In this document: in pieces, positions 10,241 to 22,636 of the stretch | Numbering within the stretch: the first letter of the stretch is position 1 | How the letters are laid out: each line of letters begins with the position of its first letter | Virus record (IMG/VR): IMGVR_UViG_3300009545_000018 | Span: 383,764-447,763 of that record | Reading direction: 5' to 3' (one strand) | DNA length: 64,000 nt | Position numbers and translations under genes: made by a program | Notes under the pieces: model-generated | What the model saw: the letters and a program-made list of their open reading frames with translations, nothing else | Told to the model about the DNA's origin: nothing | The model's database searches: none

Positions 10241-11353
10241 ATATTTTTTACATAATAACATTTTACTAAAAATATCTTCTCTTTCTTCTTTATTAACATT
10301 ATAGTTATTCAATATAAATTTAAACATATCATATGATTCTTGAAATTTATTAGTACAAAATGCCGCTAAAGCTAATTCATATTTTATTAACCATAAATAA
10401 CAATTTGTATATATAAATAAACCATCTTCTGGTAATTGTAAATTAATACCTAATTTAGCATAAAAATAACTTAATTGAAACAATTTTTTTCTTCTAAAAA
10501 AAATTGATAAAGCTAATAAAGATTCTGCTCTATGTGGCAAAAGATTATAAGCCATAGTATAGGCATTTATGATACTGTTAGTATCATTAGGAGACATTTC
10601 TTCTAATACGTTTCCTAATCTATAAGCTGCAAAAAATTTTTCTTCAATCCATCCATTTTCCATTAAAGCTCTTTTTTGATATGCTTCTGCAGATTTAGTA
10701 AAATACTCTGCAGATTTTAATATATTTTTTTGTTCTTTATAAATATAAGCAGAATCATAACAACTCTGTGCATAATAAAAAACATTTCTAGGATTAGATG
10801 GATTTTTTTCTATTTCTTTTTGTAAAATATTAGAATCCTTTACATATTTTAGTGGATCTTGAGATCTAGCACCATCTCCACCAAAAATAATATAGCAACC
10901 CTGTAATAATTTGGCTGTTATATTATTAACATCAATATATTCATGCAAAACTCCTATATATTGAGACTGTATTGTGCTAGATATTAAAGCAATTCTTGGA
11001 TATATTGCACCACTATGATGAATGTTTAAATTATATACTGGATAATCTAAATTATTAAAACATAAATTATCATCAATTTGTAAGTAATCATCGGCATCAA
11101 TAAATAGTAGGTAATCTGCTTTGGGTTTAGCTAAATCTAAAGAAATATTTCTATTGGTAGAAAAATCTACCCACTCATTTTTATGAAATTCTCCCGGTAC
11201 ATCTTTTAAAACTTCTTTAATAATTTGCTCAGTGTTATCTGTGGATCCTGTATCACAAATAATCCAATAATCAATGTAATTTTTAACTGACTCTAAGCAC
11301 CGAGCAATACAATGGGCTTCATTTTTTACAATCATAGATAAACATATTGTCAT
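10235..11353 (-). CDS. Glycosyltransferase family 2 with TPR-like C-terminus
   Basis: ICLSMIVKNE, DTGSTD, FIDADD, GVLHE; helical TPR-like tail. Confidence 0.88.
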   Translation of the reverse strand: MTICLSMIVKNEAHCIARCLESVKNYIDYWIICDTGSTDNTEQIIKEVLKDVPGEFHKNEWVDFSTNRNISLDLAKPKADYLLFIDADDYLQIDDNLCFNNLDYPVYNLNIHHSGAIYPRIALISSTIQSQYIGVLHEYIDVNNITAKLLQGCYIIFGGDGARSQDPLKYVKDSNILQKEIEKNPSNPRNVFYYAQSCYDSAYIYKEQKNILKSAEYFTKSAEAYQKRALMENGWIEEKFFAAYRLGNVLEEMSPNDTNSIINAYTMAYNLLPHRAESLLALSIFFRRKKLFQLSYFYAKLGINLQLPEDGLFIYTNCYLWLIKYELALAAFCTNKFQESYDMFKFILNNYNVNKEEREDIFSKMLLCKKYL

Positions 11354-11406
11354 AATAGTCTTTATAACCTATAATCGTTTTTATTAAATTATAATATTAA
11401 CTAAAA

Positions 11407-11796
11407 TTAAAAAGTGCTAGTACGAATGTCGAGCCAACCATTCCAAGCAATAGTGGTGGCAGCCACTCCATTAGCTCTAATTCTAATAATATTAGAAGAA
11501 GTATCTAAAGTAATAGTTGACGATGTTAAAGCGGCTGATCCTTCTGACGCCACAATTGAAGTTTGAGATCCTAGCAAAGAAACAGTTCCTGAACTAATTA
11601 AAAAAGTAGCAGAGGCTTTAATACTAACTCCATTACTTGATTGTTTTCCAATAAGGGTACCTTCCACTACAACTATACAATTATCAACAACTGGAGTGTG
11701 CGAACCTGGTGTCCATGTATGAATGGTTGTCGCCGTAGTAGCATCAGTAGTATTAACAGTTGCAGAATTAACGGTAAAGTGATTAATTAAAGTCAT
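11407..11796 (-). CDS. Small beta-rich fibre-associated protein
   Basis: Thr/Ser/Val-rich; directly downstream of the 1223 aa fibre; resembles the C-terminal domain style of ORF 7866. Confidence 0.5.
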   Translation of the reverse strand: MTLINHFTVNSATVNTTDATTATTIHTWTPGSHTPVVDNCIVVVEGTLIGKQSSNGVSIKASATFLISSGTVSLLGSQTSIVASEGSAALTSSTITLDTSSNIIRIRANGVAATTIAWNGWLDIRTSTF

Positions 11797-11799
11797 GAT

Positions 11800-14700
11800 T
11801 TAACCTATTGTAGTAATGACATCTGAAGTATTTCTTGCATAAAGCTGTCCGCCACTAGCATAGACAATAACACCACTAACAGGAGATGCTGATGGTGCTG
11901 TCGTTGCATTTCCGATATAAACAACTCCATCTCCAGAGTTTGTTGGCATTTGAGTGGAAGTTACTGCAGTGGTGCGAGCTAAGCCTATAACCATTCCGCT
12001 ACTTGGATTAACTATTTGAATGCCAATATTAGATCCTCTTTGTATTTTAACATCACCATCAGCACTGGTTCCAACTCCAGATTTAATAATAATATTGCCA
12101 CCAGTTCTTGTTCCGCTGGCACCACTAGATGCACCAGCAGCAAGGGTAAGAATGCCACCAGTACCACCAGCTAATGTGGTAGCCTGTGCTGTAATTGACA
12201 TTGCAGCACCATCAGCCGCTGGTTGGTTAGCTTGATTTATAACTGCAGATGTTTGTGAGGCGTCCCATTGAAATGTGCTTGTTAGTATTGTAATTTGAGA
12301 TCCAATTCTAAATACATCAGATCCATTTGATAAACATCTAATTGAATTAGCTCCTGAAGGACCTGAAATAACAGTGTTAATAGTGCTATTACCTACAATA
12401 ACAGCATCGCCATTATTAAGTTCTATCATTTTGGCATCAGCCCCTACTGTAGTTCTACCATAAATGCCTTGTGCATTTGATAATCTAATTGCACCAGTAG
12501 TTGCTGGAGAAGATCCAAAAGTAATATAATCTGCTGTGCCAGTAGTCCATTGCGCCACAATAGTGTTACCTTTTTGAATAGTAACATAACCATCAGCACT
12601 AGCACCAGTACCAGAACGTATGGTGATATTACCACCAGTACGAGTTCCTGATCCTCCTGTAGCGTCACCTCCACGAAAAGTTGCTGCACCACCAACAACT
12701 GTTGTTGTTCCGCTACCATCTTGAGCCGCAAATAATGTGGACTGACAAGTGACTGTATTAGAAGCATCGGTTTCTTGCTGATATCTTGGGCTAGCAACAC
12801 TTGATTTGTGTTGTATTTTTGGAGCATAAGATGTTACATCTGTACCAACAGTAAATTTTAAAGTACCACTTGCAAGAATTGAAATTGTAGATAATCCATG
12901 TATAGATGTTGAAAAAGAATCATCACCTATATTTAAGGTATCTGTAGTGGTATTTCCCCAATCAATAATTAAAGAATTATTACTATTAGTACTATTTCTT
13001 CCATAAATAGTAGTTCCATGAGCTAAACGAATAGTTCCAGTATTAGATGGATTAGTGCCAACTTTAAGACCTATTGAGTTTGTAGTAACAATAGTTTGTG
13101 AGCCAAAATCTGGATTTATTTTTGTACCAGCAATAGCAGCAGCGGCATCAACGTTAATATCTTTAATAAAATCAGTAGTTAGTGATGTGCCAGTTCTTAA
13201 GAAAACATATCCATCAGTACCCGCAACAATGTCAACAACATTTGCAGTTGCATTAGTTGGATTACCAACAACTGATAATGCTGCAGATTGTCTAAATTTA
13301 GATCCGCTAACAACATTAGATGCAATTGTTGTTGCATTACTTCCAGCAGGAGCGGTTACATCACCAGTTAATGCAGATCTCTGTAACCCTCCAGCTCCAG
13401 TAAATTCTATTCCACCACCAATAGTTATTTCTTCAATTGGACCAGTTCCAGCAGTATCTCTACCTAATATTCTATCTGTAGTAATATCAGCAAGCTTACT
13501 AATAGCAATAGCAGCCGAAGCATTAATGTCAGAATTTATAATTACACCCGCGGCAATAGCTGTTGTATTAGAGCCTGCAGAAGCAGTAATGTCTCCAGTT
13601 AAAGCTGCCCTCTGTAAAGAGCCCGAACCAGTCATACTTAAAGTTGCATTTAATGTAATATTTTCTATATTGCCAGTACCTGCAGTATCTCTACCTAATA
13701 AGCTATCAGTAGCTATAGTTTGCATTTTAGCAAATGTTACAACATTATTAGCTATAGTGGGATTAGGATAAGTACCAGTTAAATCTCCTCCGGCTGCTCC
13801 ACCAGGTATAGCTACATCCCAAGTAGGATTATTTCCAGTAGAATGTGTAGTTAACACATAACCATCAGTATTTGCGGCTAATCTAACCCAATTACTTCCA
13901 TTAAAATATAGTATATCACCCTGTTGTTGTCCAGAAATAGTTAAATCTGTTACTGTGGGGTTTGGATAAGTTCCTGAAAGATTACCACCAGCTGGACCAA
14001 TAGGTACAGCCCCACCATTGACTAATCCCCAAGTAGGATTATTTCCAGTAGAATGTGTAATTAAAGCATAACCATCAGTACCAGGAGGTAATTGTACCCA
14101 ATTAGTGCCATTAAAATATAGTACAGATCCTTGAGTTTCTCCAGTAATAGTTAAATCTGTTACAATAGATGTAGTTGATCCTGCTGTTATAGTTACATCA
14201 CCACTAATAGCTGATCTTTGTAGTCCACCAGAACCTGTAAATTCTAATCCTCCAGATACGGAAATTGTCTCTAAAGTTCCAGTACCCGCAGTATCTCTAC
14301 CCAATAAACTATCAGTAGTTATAGTGGCTAATTTAGTAAAACTAATATTAGCATTACTATCAATGTATCCATCTACAATTTTAGAAAAGAAATTGGAATA
14401 ACCATCACTTACATATGCTGTATTAACTAATCCTGTTGGTATGCTTCCAGAACCACCCATTGGTATCCATGATGAAGTACCCACTCCATCTTTACTTAAA
14501 ACATATCCATTTGGAACACTGCTTAAATTGCCAATCATGTTGGCGCCATACACATTTAAAGTAGATATTAAATTAGTTTGTGTAGTATTAAAATAAGCAG
14601 CTTGACCACCAATATGAATATTAACAACCACACCAGCAATATTTAATACATCGTTTTCAATAATACTTAAATCATTTAAATAAAAATTAAAATTACCACC

Positions 14701-15471
14701 AGCCACGTTTTCAAATGGAGCATATCCAAGACTTTTTTCTATTCTAGCATATCCATCCATAGTAATATTGCCAGAAGGAGAACTAATTAATGGTGCTGTA
14801 GCAGAGTTTAATGTTCTAAATATAGCATTGTTTAACTTAATATCTGTTGAAACAAATGGCAAACTAGCTATTATATTTGGAGTAGATGTTGCAGCTCCCA
14901 ATACTCTTAGATTTCTAAATTCATAAGAGTTTCTTAAAACTGCACCTTCTGGTAATTGCATAGAAGGTAATATAGATGTATCTCCAGCATAACCTTGAAT
15001 AATAGTATTTTTACTTAAATTCCATGTGCCAGCTGGAATACTAGCTGGTGAAGATAATGAATCATCAATAACAATAGTGGCTAATCCATTTACAGCATTT
15101 CTTGCAGCCATTAATAATGACCAAGAGGTATAAATATTTCCAGTAGCAACACCTGCTGGTTTATAAATAAAAACTTGTCCACCTTGAGGACCAGTTGGAC
15201 CAGTAGGTCCGGTTGGACCAGTAGGTCCAGCAGGTCCTGTTAGTCCTGCAGGTCCTGTAGGTCCTGTTGGACCTGTTGGTCCTGTAATTCCATTTGCTCC
15301 ATTAGTACCATTAGTTCCAGGTGTGCCTGGAGCCCCAGGAGGTCCAACAGGACCTGTTGGTCCCGTTGGTCCAGTGGGTCCAACACCACCTCCACCACCA
15401 CCACCACATCCTCCTGGATCTACTGTTGGTAAAGAATCTGGATCATCATATGCATTAGGATATTTAGTCAT
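11800..15471 (-). CDS. Collagen-like long fibre protein
   Basis: GPT triplet run near N-terminus; the same [10 protein letters not shown] and [16 protein letters not shown] repeats as ORF 7866; starts MTKYP. Confidence 0.75.
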   Translation of the reverse strand: MTKYPNAYDDPDSLPTVDPGGCGGGGGGGVGPTGPTGPTGPVGPPGAPGTPGTNGTNGANGITGPTGPTGPTGPAGLTGPAGPTGPTGPTGPTGPQGGQVFIYKPAGVATGNIYTSWSLLMAARNAVNGLATIVIDDSLSSPASIPAGTWNLSKNTIIQGYAGDTSILPSMQLPEGAVLRNSYEFRNLRVLGAATSTPNIIASLPFVSTDIKLNNAIFRTLNSATAPLISSPSGNITMDGYARIEKSLGYAPFENVAGGNFNFYLNDLSIIENDVLNIAGVVVNIHIGGQAAYFNTTQTNLISTLNVYGANMIGNLSSVPNGYVLSKDGVGTSSWIPMGGSGSIPTGLVNTAYVSDGYSNFFSKIVDGYIDSNANISFTKLATITTDSLLGRDTAGTGTLETISVSGGLEFTGSGGLQRSAISGDVTITAGSTTSIVTDLTITGETQGSVLYFNGTNWVQLPPGTDGYALITHSTGNNPTWGLVNGGAVPIGPAGGNLSGTYPNPTVTDLTISGQQQGDILYFNGSNWVRLAANTDGYVLTTHSTGNNPTWDVAIPGGAAGGDLTGTYPNPTIANNVVTFAKMQTIATDSLLGRDTAGTGNIENITLNATLSMTGSGSLQRAALTGDITASAGSNTTAIAAGVIINSDINASAAIAISKLADITTDRILGRDTAGTGPIEEITIGGGIEFTGAGGLQRSALTGDVTAPAGSNATTIASNVVSGSKFRQSAALSVVGNPTNATANVVDIVAGTDGYVFLRTGTSLTTDFIKDINVDAAAAIAGTKINPDFGSQTIVTTNSIGLKVGTNPSNTGTIRLAHGTTIYGRNSTNSNNSLIIDWGNTTTDTLNIGDDSFSTSIHGLSTISILASGTLKFTVGTDVTSYAPKIQHKSSVASPRYQQETDASNTVTCQSTLFAAQDGSGTTTVVGGAATFRGGDATGGSGTRTGGNITIRSGTGASADGYVTIQKGNTIVAQWTTGTADYITFGSSPATTGAIRLSNAQGIYGRTTVGADAKMIELNNGDAVIVGNSTINTVISGPSGANSIRCLSNGSDVFRIGSQITILTSTFQWDASQTSAVINQANQPAADGAAMSITAQATTLAGGTGGILTLAAGASSGASGTRTGGNIIIKSGVGTSADGDVKIQRGSNIGIQIVNPSSGMVIGLARTTAVTSTQMPTNSGDGVVYIGNATTAPSASPVSGVIVYASGGQLYARNTSDVITTIG

Positions 15472-15543
15472 ATTTAGTACCTACACGTTATACTTTAGTA
15501 TACTAAATTTTTAGTATATAATAATATTAGAGGTATAAAACTT

Positions 15544-18500
15544 ATGACTAAATATCCCGCTCAATTAGACAACTCTTCAAGTCTACCTATTATTTTAGAT
15601 GATTCTCTTATTAATGGAAGCATTTATAATACATTGAGAGGGGCTGTTATTGCAATAGAACAAGAATTAGGGGTTAAACCAAGTGGAGTTTATTCTACTT
15701 TAAGAAATAGAATTGAAGTTTTAGAAGCAAGTATAGGGCAATCTTCAGGAGTTCAATTAAATAAGGATTTAGGTGGTACTCTTGAACTTCCGACAGTAAT
15801 AGGATTACAAGGAAGACCCATAAGCGAAACAGATCCTTCAATAAATGATATTTTAACTTGGAATGGAGTTGCTTGGATACCTCAAGCTGGAACTGGAGGT
15901 CCTACAGGACCAACAGGACCTGCTGGCGCAGATGGAGCAATAGGACCTACAGGTCCCACAGGTCCTGCTGGAGCAAATGGAATTACAGGACCTACTGGAC
16001 CTACAGGACCTATAGGTCCTACAGGACCCGCTGGTGTAAATGGAGATCCAGGACCAATTGGTGCTACAGGACCCGCCGGACCAATTGGTCCCATTGGTCC
16101 CGTTGGTCCAGGAGGACCAGGTGTTGATGAAAGATCTCCAAGAACTAGTGTTAGAGTTAAAGCAACAACTAATTTAAATATAGCTGGTTTGGTTAGTAGA
16201 ACGCAAGATGGTGTTACTTGTACTGAAAATCAAACTATTTTATTAGGATCACAAACAAATCAAAGTGAAAATGGTATTTATATATTTGGAACAGCTTCTG
16301 CTGGCAATGCTCCTCTTATAAGAATTGATAGTCCATTTTCTAGTTGTTATGCTACTGGTTCTGGTTTTAGAATTATGGTAAGAGAAGGTACCGTTAATGC
16401 AAATACTCAATGGACAATAAATAGTAGTAAACTCGTATCTAGTGCAACTCCAGTTGGATTATCAGCTACTGACGTAGATATTGAAGATTTTTATATTACA
16501 ACTGATGGAAATGATTATTCGCCTGCCTGGCATAGAATGCAAGGAGCAATGCGTTGTAATAATGCTATAGGTACATGTTTTATAAGAAGAAAATCTTCTT
16601 ATAGATTTGCGACACCATTATTATTAACACAAGCTATTGCCATAAAGAGTAATGGTGGTACATTAAAGAACGGACCTCAATTAAATTTTGCTAAATCTGG
16701 TATTTGGGTAATTGGTGGAAATAGAGAAAGTGATGGCGGATTAACTAATGCTGGCGGCACTGTAATGGATGAATTGCTTTTGCTTGGTCCAGGCTATAAT
16801 ACAGCAAATTTTTGGTGTGGTATTAATGCCACTTGTCAAATTTTTGCAAACAATGTATCAGTGCAAAGTTTTCCTGGACGAGGGGTTAATTTATATGGAT
16901 CAACAAGTCATGATTATGACAGTATAAATACAACTACATCAGCTAATTTTACTGTTCCAAGTGCTGGAACTACAGTATCCATTTCTTTTACAAATGGTGC
17001 TTCCATAAATACTGGAACAACTTTAAAAATTGCTGGTGCTGGATATTATTATGTTGAAGCCGTTTTAGGTGGCGGAACATTTACGTGTCAAAATATTGGA
17101 TTTGCTAGCGATACAGCATATGCAGTTGCTAATGCTGTAGCTGGAACCGTAATATCATCAGGGGCAGTTACACGTGGCGTATTCGGAAATGTTGATATCT
17201 CAAGTATAACTGGTGGAGCTATGTTACAAAATGGATTATCTGGATTATACATATCTGGTGATAATTCTAATGCCAGCTATTTTCTTGGTGTAAATATTAC
17301 AGATAATGGGAAAAGACAGATAAAAGATGATAATCATGGTGCAGTTGATGCATCATTTTTAGGTAACACCTGGATTATGATGCAAGCAGCCTCAAATACT
17401 GATCATGTTCCTTTAGGAATTCAAACTGCAGCTAATTTTAATTTGCCAGCAGAATCATATGGTACTACTGATTATGATAACACAAACTCACTTGGGGCGG
17501 CGGGATTACCAACTGTTACCTTAACTTTAACTAGTGTTGCTGGAATATCAGTTGGTGATAGAATAGCTATTGCTGCTGCAGGAACCATAGCAGTAGTTGC
17601 TACCCCGAGCACAAACGTACATCTTGCATCTAATCAAATTAAAGCTAATTTTTTGAGACATACATTGGCAGATGGTTATTTAATCACTAGCGGTAAAGAT
17701 TTATTATGGCCAGCATATGCTTACTTATGTGAAGGATCTGGAGCTGACTCTGCTTATGTGGGATGTTATTCAGAATCTTCCGATGTTAGTAAAATTGATT
17801 TACCTTCTCAAGTTTTAAGCGGAAGAGTCGGAAATATAGGAACTGCTGGTCGAATAACTTCTACTACTGCAGCTACTGAACCTAATACTATGTTTTGGAG
17901 AACTAGGGGCAAACAACAACCATATTTTGGAACTGGTTTATTAGGATCTAATCAAGTCTTTTCATTTGGTTGTGATGCTGGAAGTGATGGAGGTAATGGA
18001 TATACATTTGAGTGGGATGAAACAAATAAGTTTTATAACTTTTTATATGCTGGCAAAATAGCATCTTATTTTACAGGCAATAGTTTTGCTCCTAGTGGAA
18101 AAGCTTATGGAGCTGGTTTTACTAGTTTTCCTAGAGGTCACCTATTCGGATCACATCGCTTTCATTCTTCAACTGTTGCTAACGTACCAACAGTAAGTTC
18201 AGCATCTGATAATTGGGAAGTTGGAGATGTTATTATTAATAGAGATGCTACAGGACCATGGATGTATCGTTGTACATCTAAAGTTTCTAATAATTTAACA
18301 TTTGCTTCTGATAGAATATCTTTAAAAAATCAAACTTGTAATTTAGGATCTTCTGTTGCAGCATCTACAGCTGGAACCACAGTTACTAAAACTTTAACTG
18401 GAGCGGAAGTTGGAGATAATGTTATTTGGAATTTAAGAGGAGCCCCTATAGCTGGAGTAACTTTTTATGTTCGTATTTCAACTACAGATACTGTAGAAAT

Positions 18501-18576
18501 TATTGCATGGAATGGAACAAGCTCACCTCAGGACTTATCAGCCACCATTTTTGATTTTACTGTTATAAAAACATAA
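15544..18576 (+). CDS. Collagen-like fibre/tailspike protein with probable beta-helix domain
   Basis: Starts MTKYP; GPT/GPI triplets; tailspike-like DGNDYSPAW motif followed by a Gly/Asn-rich beta region. Confidence 0.7.
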   Translation: MTKYPAQLDNSSSLPIILDDSLINGSIYNTLRGAVIAIEQELGVKPSGVYSTLRNRIEVLEASIGQSSGVQLNKDLGGTLELPTVIGLQGRPISETDPSINDILTWNGVAWIPQAGTGGPTGPTGPAGADGAIGPTGPTGPAGANGITGPTGPTGPIGPTGPAGVNGDPGPIGATGPAGPIGPIGPVGPGGPGVDERSPRTSVRVKATTNLNIAGLVSRTQDGVTCTENQTILLGSQTNQSENGIYIFGTASAGNAPLIRIDSPFSSCYATGSGFRIMVREGTVNANTQWTINSSKLVSSATPVGLSATDVDIEDFYITTDGNDYSPAWHRMQGAMRCNNAIGTCFIRRKSSYRFATPLLLTQAIAIKSNGGTLKNGPQLNFAKSGIWVIGGNRESDGGLTNAGGTVMDELLLLGPGYNTANFWCGINATCQIFANNVSVQSFPGRGVNLYGSTSHDYDSINTTTSANFTVPSAGTTVSISFTNGASINTGTTLKIAGAGYYYVEAVLGGGTFTCQNIGFASDTAYAVANAVAGTVISSGAVTRGVFGNVDISSITGGAMLQNGLSGLYISGDNSNASYFLGVNITDNGKRQIKDDNHGAVDASFLGNTWIMMQAASNTDHVPLGIQTAANFNLPAESYGTTDYDNTNSLGAAGLPTVTLTLTSVAGISVGDRIAIAAAGTIAVVATPSTNVHLASNQIKANFLRHTLADGYLITSGKDLLWPAYAYLCEGSGADSAYVGCYSESSDVSKIDLPSQVLSGRVGNIGTAGRITSTTAATEPNTMFWRTRGKQQPYFGTGLLGSNQVFSFGCDAGSDGGNGYTFEWDETNKFYNFLYAGKIASYFTGNSFAPSGKAYGAGFTSFPRGHLFGSHRFHSSTVANVPTVSSASDNWEVGDVIINRDATGPWMYRCTSKVSNNLTFASDRISLKNQTCNLGSSVAASTAGTTVTKTLTGAEVGDNVIWNLRGAPIAGVTFYVRISTTDTVEIIAWNGTSSPQDLSATIFDFTVIKT

Positions 18577-18697
18577 TACATTAAATTTGTAATAATATCA
18601 TTGCAAGTCATGTTAAATCTATTAAAACTAATTTTATTGATTTAAGTTTGATTTTAATTGATATAATATTCGATGCTAACTAAATATTAGGAAAAGC

Positions 18698-19909
18698 ATG
18701 AATAATTTTGATGTTGGAATCATAGGTGCCGGAGTAGCAGGAGCATTTGCGGCTTTAAAAATTTCTAAAGATTATAAAGATGTAAAAACTATTTTATTTG
18801 ATTTAGGTCGCCCCCCAATGAAACGTCGACGCCAGCTTGAAGGTTGGTTAGGTTGTCTTCCAAATAGTGATGGAAAATTTTATCAAACAGATGTAGATAA
18901 AGTTGCCACCTTAGTTGGAAATAAAAAAATTAAATCTGCCAAAACCTTTGTTAACAAAGCACTATTGGATGTAAATGACTTTAACCTTTATAAAGATAAA
19001 GGTCCAACACAATCAGCTATTAAAAAAATTAATAAAAATGGCTTTAATGTTATTTTAAATGATTATATTCAATTATATCCAAAAGATATTCATTTGTTAT
19101 CTAAATTAATGGCTGAATTTATTGAAAGTAATTCTAATATATCATTTAGTTTTGATAATGAAGTTAGAAGAATACATAAACAAAAAAATATGTTCGTTAT
19201 TACTACAGATGAGCAAGAATATCGCTGTAAAAAGATTATTTTTGCTGTAGGTAGAAGTGGATGGCGCTGGGCGCATGATGTTTATTCTAATTTTGGAATT
19301 ATTGATGATAACAATACCGCTCGATTTGGAGTAAGAGTAGAGGTCAATGCGGCTAATTTAAAAGATTTTAATAAATCTAATTGTACTATATTAAAAGATG
19401 ATGATTTAGAAATTGGACCATTATCTTGGAATGGTACAATTATTCCGGAAGATCATGTAGACTTAGCAATATCTGCATTTAGATCAAATGAAAATAGATG
19501 GAAAAGTGATAAAGTAAGTTTTCAATTAATTAAAAATATTAATTTTCCCAATGAAGGATTTCAGCAAACAGATCGAATTGGAAAATTAACATTTGTTTTA
19601 TCAAATGATAGAATTATTAAAGAAAAAGTTTCTACTATTTTATCAGATAAAAGTAAAATATCTATTATTCCTGAATATGATTGGTTAAAAGATAGTTTTA
19701 ATCAATTAGAAACAATTATGCCAGATATTTCAAACAAATCATACTTTCATGTTCCTACTATTGTGCCAATGGCGCCTAAAATATTATTAGGTCAAAATTT
19801 AGAAAGTGAAATAGAAGGAATGTTTGTTGCAGGTGAGAGTGCAGGAATAACAGGAATATTATCTGCCGCTTTAATGGGAGTTATAGCAGGAGAATCTGCT
19901 TGTAAATAA
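18698..19909 (+). CDS. FAD-dependent oxidoreductase
   Basis: IIGAGVAG Rossmann motif, SDGK, AVGRSG, GMFVAGESAG. Confidence 0.85.
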   Translation: MNNFDVGIIGAGVAGAFAALKISKDYKDVKTILFDLGRPPMKRRRQLEGWLGCLPNSDGKFYQTDVDKVATLVGNKKIKSAKTFVNKALLDVNDFNLYKDKGPTQSAIKKINKNGFNVILNDYIQLYPKDIHLLSKLMAEFIESNSNISFSFDNEVRRIHKQKNMFVITTDEQEYRCKKIIFAVGRSGWRWAHDVYSNFGIIDDNNTARFGVRVEVNAANLKDFNKSNCTILKDDDLEIGPLSWNGTIIPEDHVDLAISAFRSNENRWKSDKVSFQLIKNINFPNEGFQQTDRIGKLTFVLSNDRIIKEKVSTILSDKSKISIIPEYDWLKDSFNQLETIMPDISNKSYFHVPTIVPMAPKILLGQNLESEIEGMFVAGESAGITGILSAALMGVIAGESACK

Positions 19910-19919
19910 TGAGGATAAC

Positions 19920-20267
19920 ATGTCAGACAAAGGTAGTGATTCTAATCAAACAATATCTGAGGAATTTAAGGATCAATCATCTAAACATACGTTAAATAAA
20001 TTTGAATATGATTTATATCATGAAGAAGATGATGTTGCTTTCAAAGTAATTAGAGTTAAACATATAGGTCTTCCTAATAAAGGTGATAAATGGAAGATTA
20101 TGGAAGATAATAAAAGTATTTTTATAATTGAAGGAAACAAATTAACAAAAAAAGAAAAAGATTTTTTAAAAACAGTTGATGGCATGAACTTTCTTATTTC
20201 ACAATATAAGACTGGATTAAAATCTCTCAATTATTTAAAAAATGAAATGAAGAAAATTTTAAAATAA
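19920..20267 (+). CDS. Hypothetical protein
   Basis: ORF with GAGGA SD. Confidence 0.7.
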   Translation: MSDKGSDSNQTISEEFKDQSSKHTLNKFEYDLYHEEDDVAFKVIRVKHIGLPNKGDKWKIMEDNKSIFIIEGNKLTKKEKDFLKTVDGMNFLISQYKTGLKSLNYLKNEMKKILK

Positions 20268-20273
20268 TAAAGC

Positions 20274-20301
20274 TTGACATAAATATTTTCATGTTTAAAC
20301 T
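20274..20301 (+). promoter_or_regulatory. sigma70-like promoter
   Basis: TTGACA-N16-TAAACT in the intergenic gap before AGGAGG and the exonuclease ATG. Confidence 0.5.
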
Positions 20302-20324
20302 AAAGCAGCTAAAATTTAGGAGGC

Positions 20325-20945
20325 ATGATGAATAATTACGTTATTTACGTAGCAGATACTGAAACTACTGGTCTTGATGATAGAGTTTATGATATTATTG
20401 AGTTATCTCTTTATCGATTATCTGATGAAACTCAAAAAACTTGGTTTCTTAAGCCAACAAATGTAGATCATATTGATGATGGCGCATTAAGAATTAATGG
20501 TCATAAAAAAGAAGATCTATTACATCAAACTAAATATGGGAGAGATACTTATTTAGATTCTAGTAAAGTTATTGTGGATATTGAAAATTGGATGATGGAA
20601 GATGGCGTTCCACACACTAATAGAATTTTAGTTGGTCATAATGTTTCATTTGATCGTTCTTTTATGGAACAATTATGGATTAAATGTCAATCAAAAGATT
20701 CTTTTCCATTTGGTAGAAGATTTTTAGACACTATGACCGTTGAACTATTTTTAGACTTTTGCAAAGGAGAAATGGCAGAAGGTTATAGCTTAAATAATTT
20801 AACTAAAAAATATGGTGTAAAAAATGAAAAAGCACATAGTGCAGCAGCAGATACTAAAGCAACTAGAGAAACTTTTGGTAAACAAGTAGATTATTTTAAA
20901 AAGATTTTAAATGTACATAATAAAAATTTAAGTTTAGATGTATAA
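20325..20945 (+). CDS. DEDDh 3'-5' exonuclease (DnaQ-like)
   Basis: DTETTG, GHNVSFD, HSAAAD. Confidence 0.9.
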   Translation: MMNNYVIYVADTETTGLDDRVYDIIELSLYRLSDETQKTWFLKPTNVDHIDDGALRINGHKKEDLLHQTKYGRDTYLDSSKVIVDIENWMMEDGVPHTNRILVGHNVSFDRSFMEQLWIKCQSKDSFPFGRRFLDTMTVELFLDFCKGEMAEGYSLNNLTKKYGVKNEKAHSAAADTKATRETFGKQVDYFKKILNVHNKNLSLDV

Positions 20946-21912
20946 AATATTATATGCTGCTAATAATACGCTTAATTCTATAATTCAATTAAATAGATTT
21001 TTAAAGGCTATTGAAAATAAACCATTTACTATAAAAATAGCAGCATATAAAAACTCTATTAAATCATCTAATGTGGATTGGACATTAAATTGTTTGCATA
21101 ATTACTTTGATAAAGATAAATTAAGTTTAGATAATGAATATTTTATAAATTATTACAATAGCATTAAATCATTTAATCCAGATTTAATTATTAGTGATTT
21201 AGAATATTTTACATCTTTTGCTGCCACCGATTTAGGAATACCACTTTGGCAGTGTAGCTCATCTTTATTGAACTATGCTTTGCCATGGAGAGAAAAATAT
21301 AGTTTAAATGTATTTTCTAATTATTCATATTTATTATATAGAAGATCTAATCAAAAATATGTAAACATAATAAATAATTCAGATCTAAATTTAGTTTATT
21401 CTCATTTTGGTGATACAAAAGATCCTCCAAAGCTCAAACAAAATTTTGAATGGATTAGACCATATGCTTATATTGGTAACAAATCTGTTCCCTGTAAACA
21501 TAATATTGTAGGGGCACTTTTATCTAATAATAAAAAAATATTTAAAAATTTAAATAATATTTATGATACTATTGCCTTTACGCCCCATATAAATGAAAAA
21601 TATTCAAATTTAAAATTAAAAGATATAGATGATAATGAAGAATATCAGTGTAACGTGAAAAATTGTAATTTATTTTTGTGTGAAGGACAAACTAGTTTTT
21701 TAGCGGATGCATTTTATAATAATAAATTTGCTTTAGTTGTACCGAATTTGCATGATACTGAATGTATTGTAAATAGTATGTATTCTGAAAAAATCGGATT
21801 AAGTAAAAATATCTATAATGATATAAATCTATCTAAAATAGATTATCAAGAAATTAATTATTCTTTAAATGATAAAGTTTATTACCTTCATGAAAGGTTA
21901 GATCAAATATGA
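20938..21912 (+). CDS. GT-B fold glycosyltransferase-like protein
   Basis: KILYA at N-terminus, PDLIISDLE, GQTSFLADAFYxxK..LVVP. Confidence 0.55.
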   Translation: MYKILYAANNTLNSIIQLNRFLKAIENKPFTIKIAAYKNSIKSSNVDWTLNCLHNYFDKDKLSLDNEYFINYYNSIKSFNPDLIISDLEYFTSFAATDLGIPLWQCSSSLLNYALPWREKYSLNVFSNYSYLLYRRSNQKYVNIINNSDLNLVYSHFGDTKDPPKLKQNFEWIRPYAYIGNKSVPCKHNIVGALLSNNKKIFKNLNNIYDTIAFTPHINEKYSNLKLKDIDDNEEYQCNVKNCNLFLCEGQTSFLADAFYNNKFALVVPNLHDTECIVNSMYSEKIGLSKNIYNDINLSKIDYQEINYSLNDKVYYLHERLDQI

Positions 21913-22598
21913 AATATGTAGCGTTTGATATTGGTGACGTTTTATGTCATTGTTTCGAAGACAAATTTTTAAATGCAGTTTCAGAAAGCGCCAATATATC
22001 TATTGATGATGCTTTGAGATTTTTTAAAAGATTTTGGGAGCATCATGACTTAGGATTTACAACTATTGAAGATGAACTCAAAGACAAATTGAATATCAAA
22101 TCAGAAATAACTATTAAAAAACTTACTGATATTTGGATGGATACCTTAGTTCCTAATAGGGAGATGTTTCAATTTTTAATACAAAAAATGTATACATATA
22201 AATCTATTTCTTGTAGTAAAAGAACTGATTTACAAGTAGCTTTATTATCTAATATTGGTAAGGAACATGCCGCTACTCTAAAAGAAAAGTTTGATAATCA
22301 AACGTATACTTGTAGTTTTGGGTTATTTGATGATTGTATAAAGCATTTAAGTTTTGAGGTAGGGGCTAGAAAACCATCTTTAATATATTATCAAAGTTTC
22401 TTATCTCTACATCCAGAATTTACTGGGTGTGTATATGTAGATGATAGAGAAGAAAACCTTATAACTGCTGAAAAACTAGGATTTCATCCATTTAAATTTA
22501 GCTTAAAAAATTATACAAAAGATAATTATGTTAATTTTAATGATGAAAATAAAATGAAGGCAAAATTACTTGAACTCGATAAACTTATTTCAGCTTGA
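21909..22598 (+). CDS. HAD-superfamily hydrolase
   Basis: FDIGDVL, LLSN, GARKP, YVDDREEN. Confidence 0.85.
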   Translation: MKYVAFDIGDVLCHCFEDKFLNAVSESANISIDDALRFFKRFWEHHDLGFTTIEDELKDKLNIKSEITIKKLTDIWMDTLVPNREMFQFLIQKMYTYKSISCSKRTDLQVALLSNIGKEHAATLKEKFDNQTYTCSFGLFDDCIKHLSFEVGARKPSLIYYQSFLSLHPEFTGCVYVDDREENLITAEKLGFHPFKFSLKNYTKDNYVNFNDENKMKAKLLELDKLISA

Positions 22599-22636
22599 TA
22601 TATAATCGTTTGTACTTCACATAACTAGGAAAATAG

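Larger units (their letters stand above)
8519..13741. repeat. 69-bp perfect inverted repeat pair (8519-8587 and 13673-13741) inside two convergent fibre genes
   Basis: TGTAACATTTGCTAAAATGCAAACTATAGCTACTGATAGCTTATTAGGTAGAGATACTGCAGGTACTGG on + at 8519; its reverse complement at 13673. Confidence 0.85.

Noticed and set aside
8279-16127. Antisense or alternate-frame ORFs over the fibre genes (8279, 12020, 12444, 13055, 15323, 15858, 15882)
   Set aside because: They are shadow ORFs caused by repetitive Gly/Thr/Pro codons.
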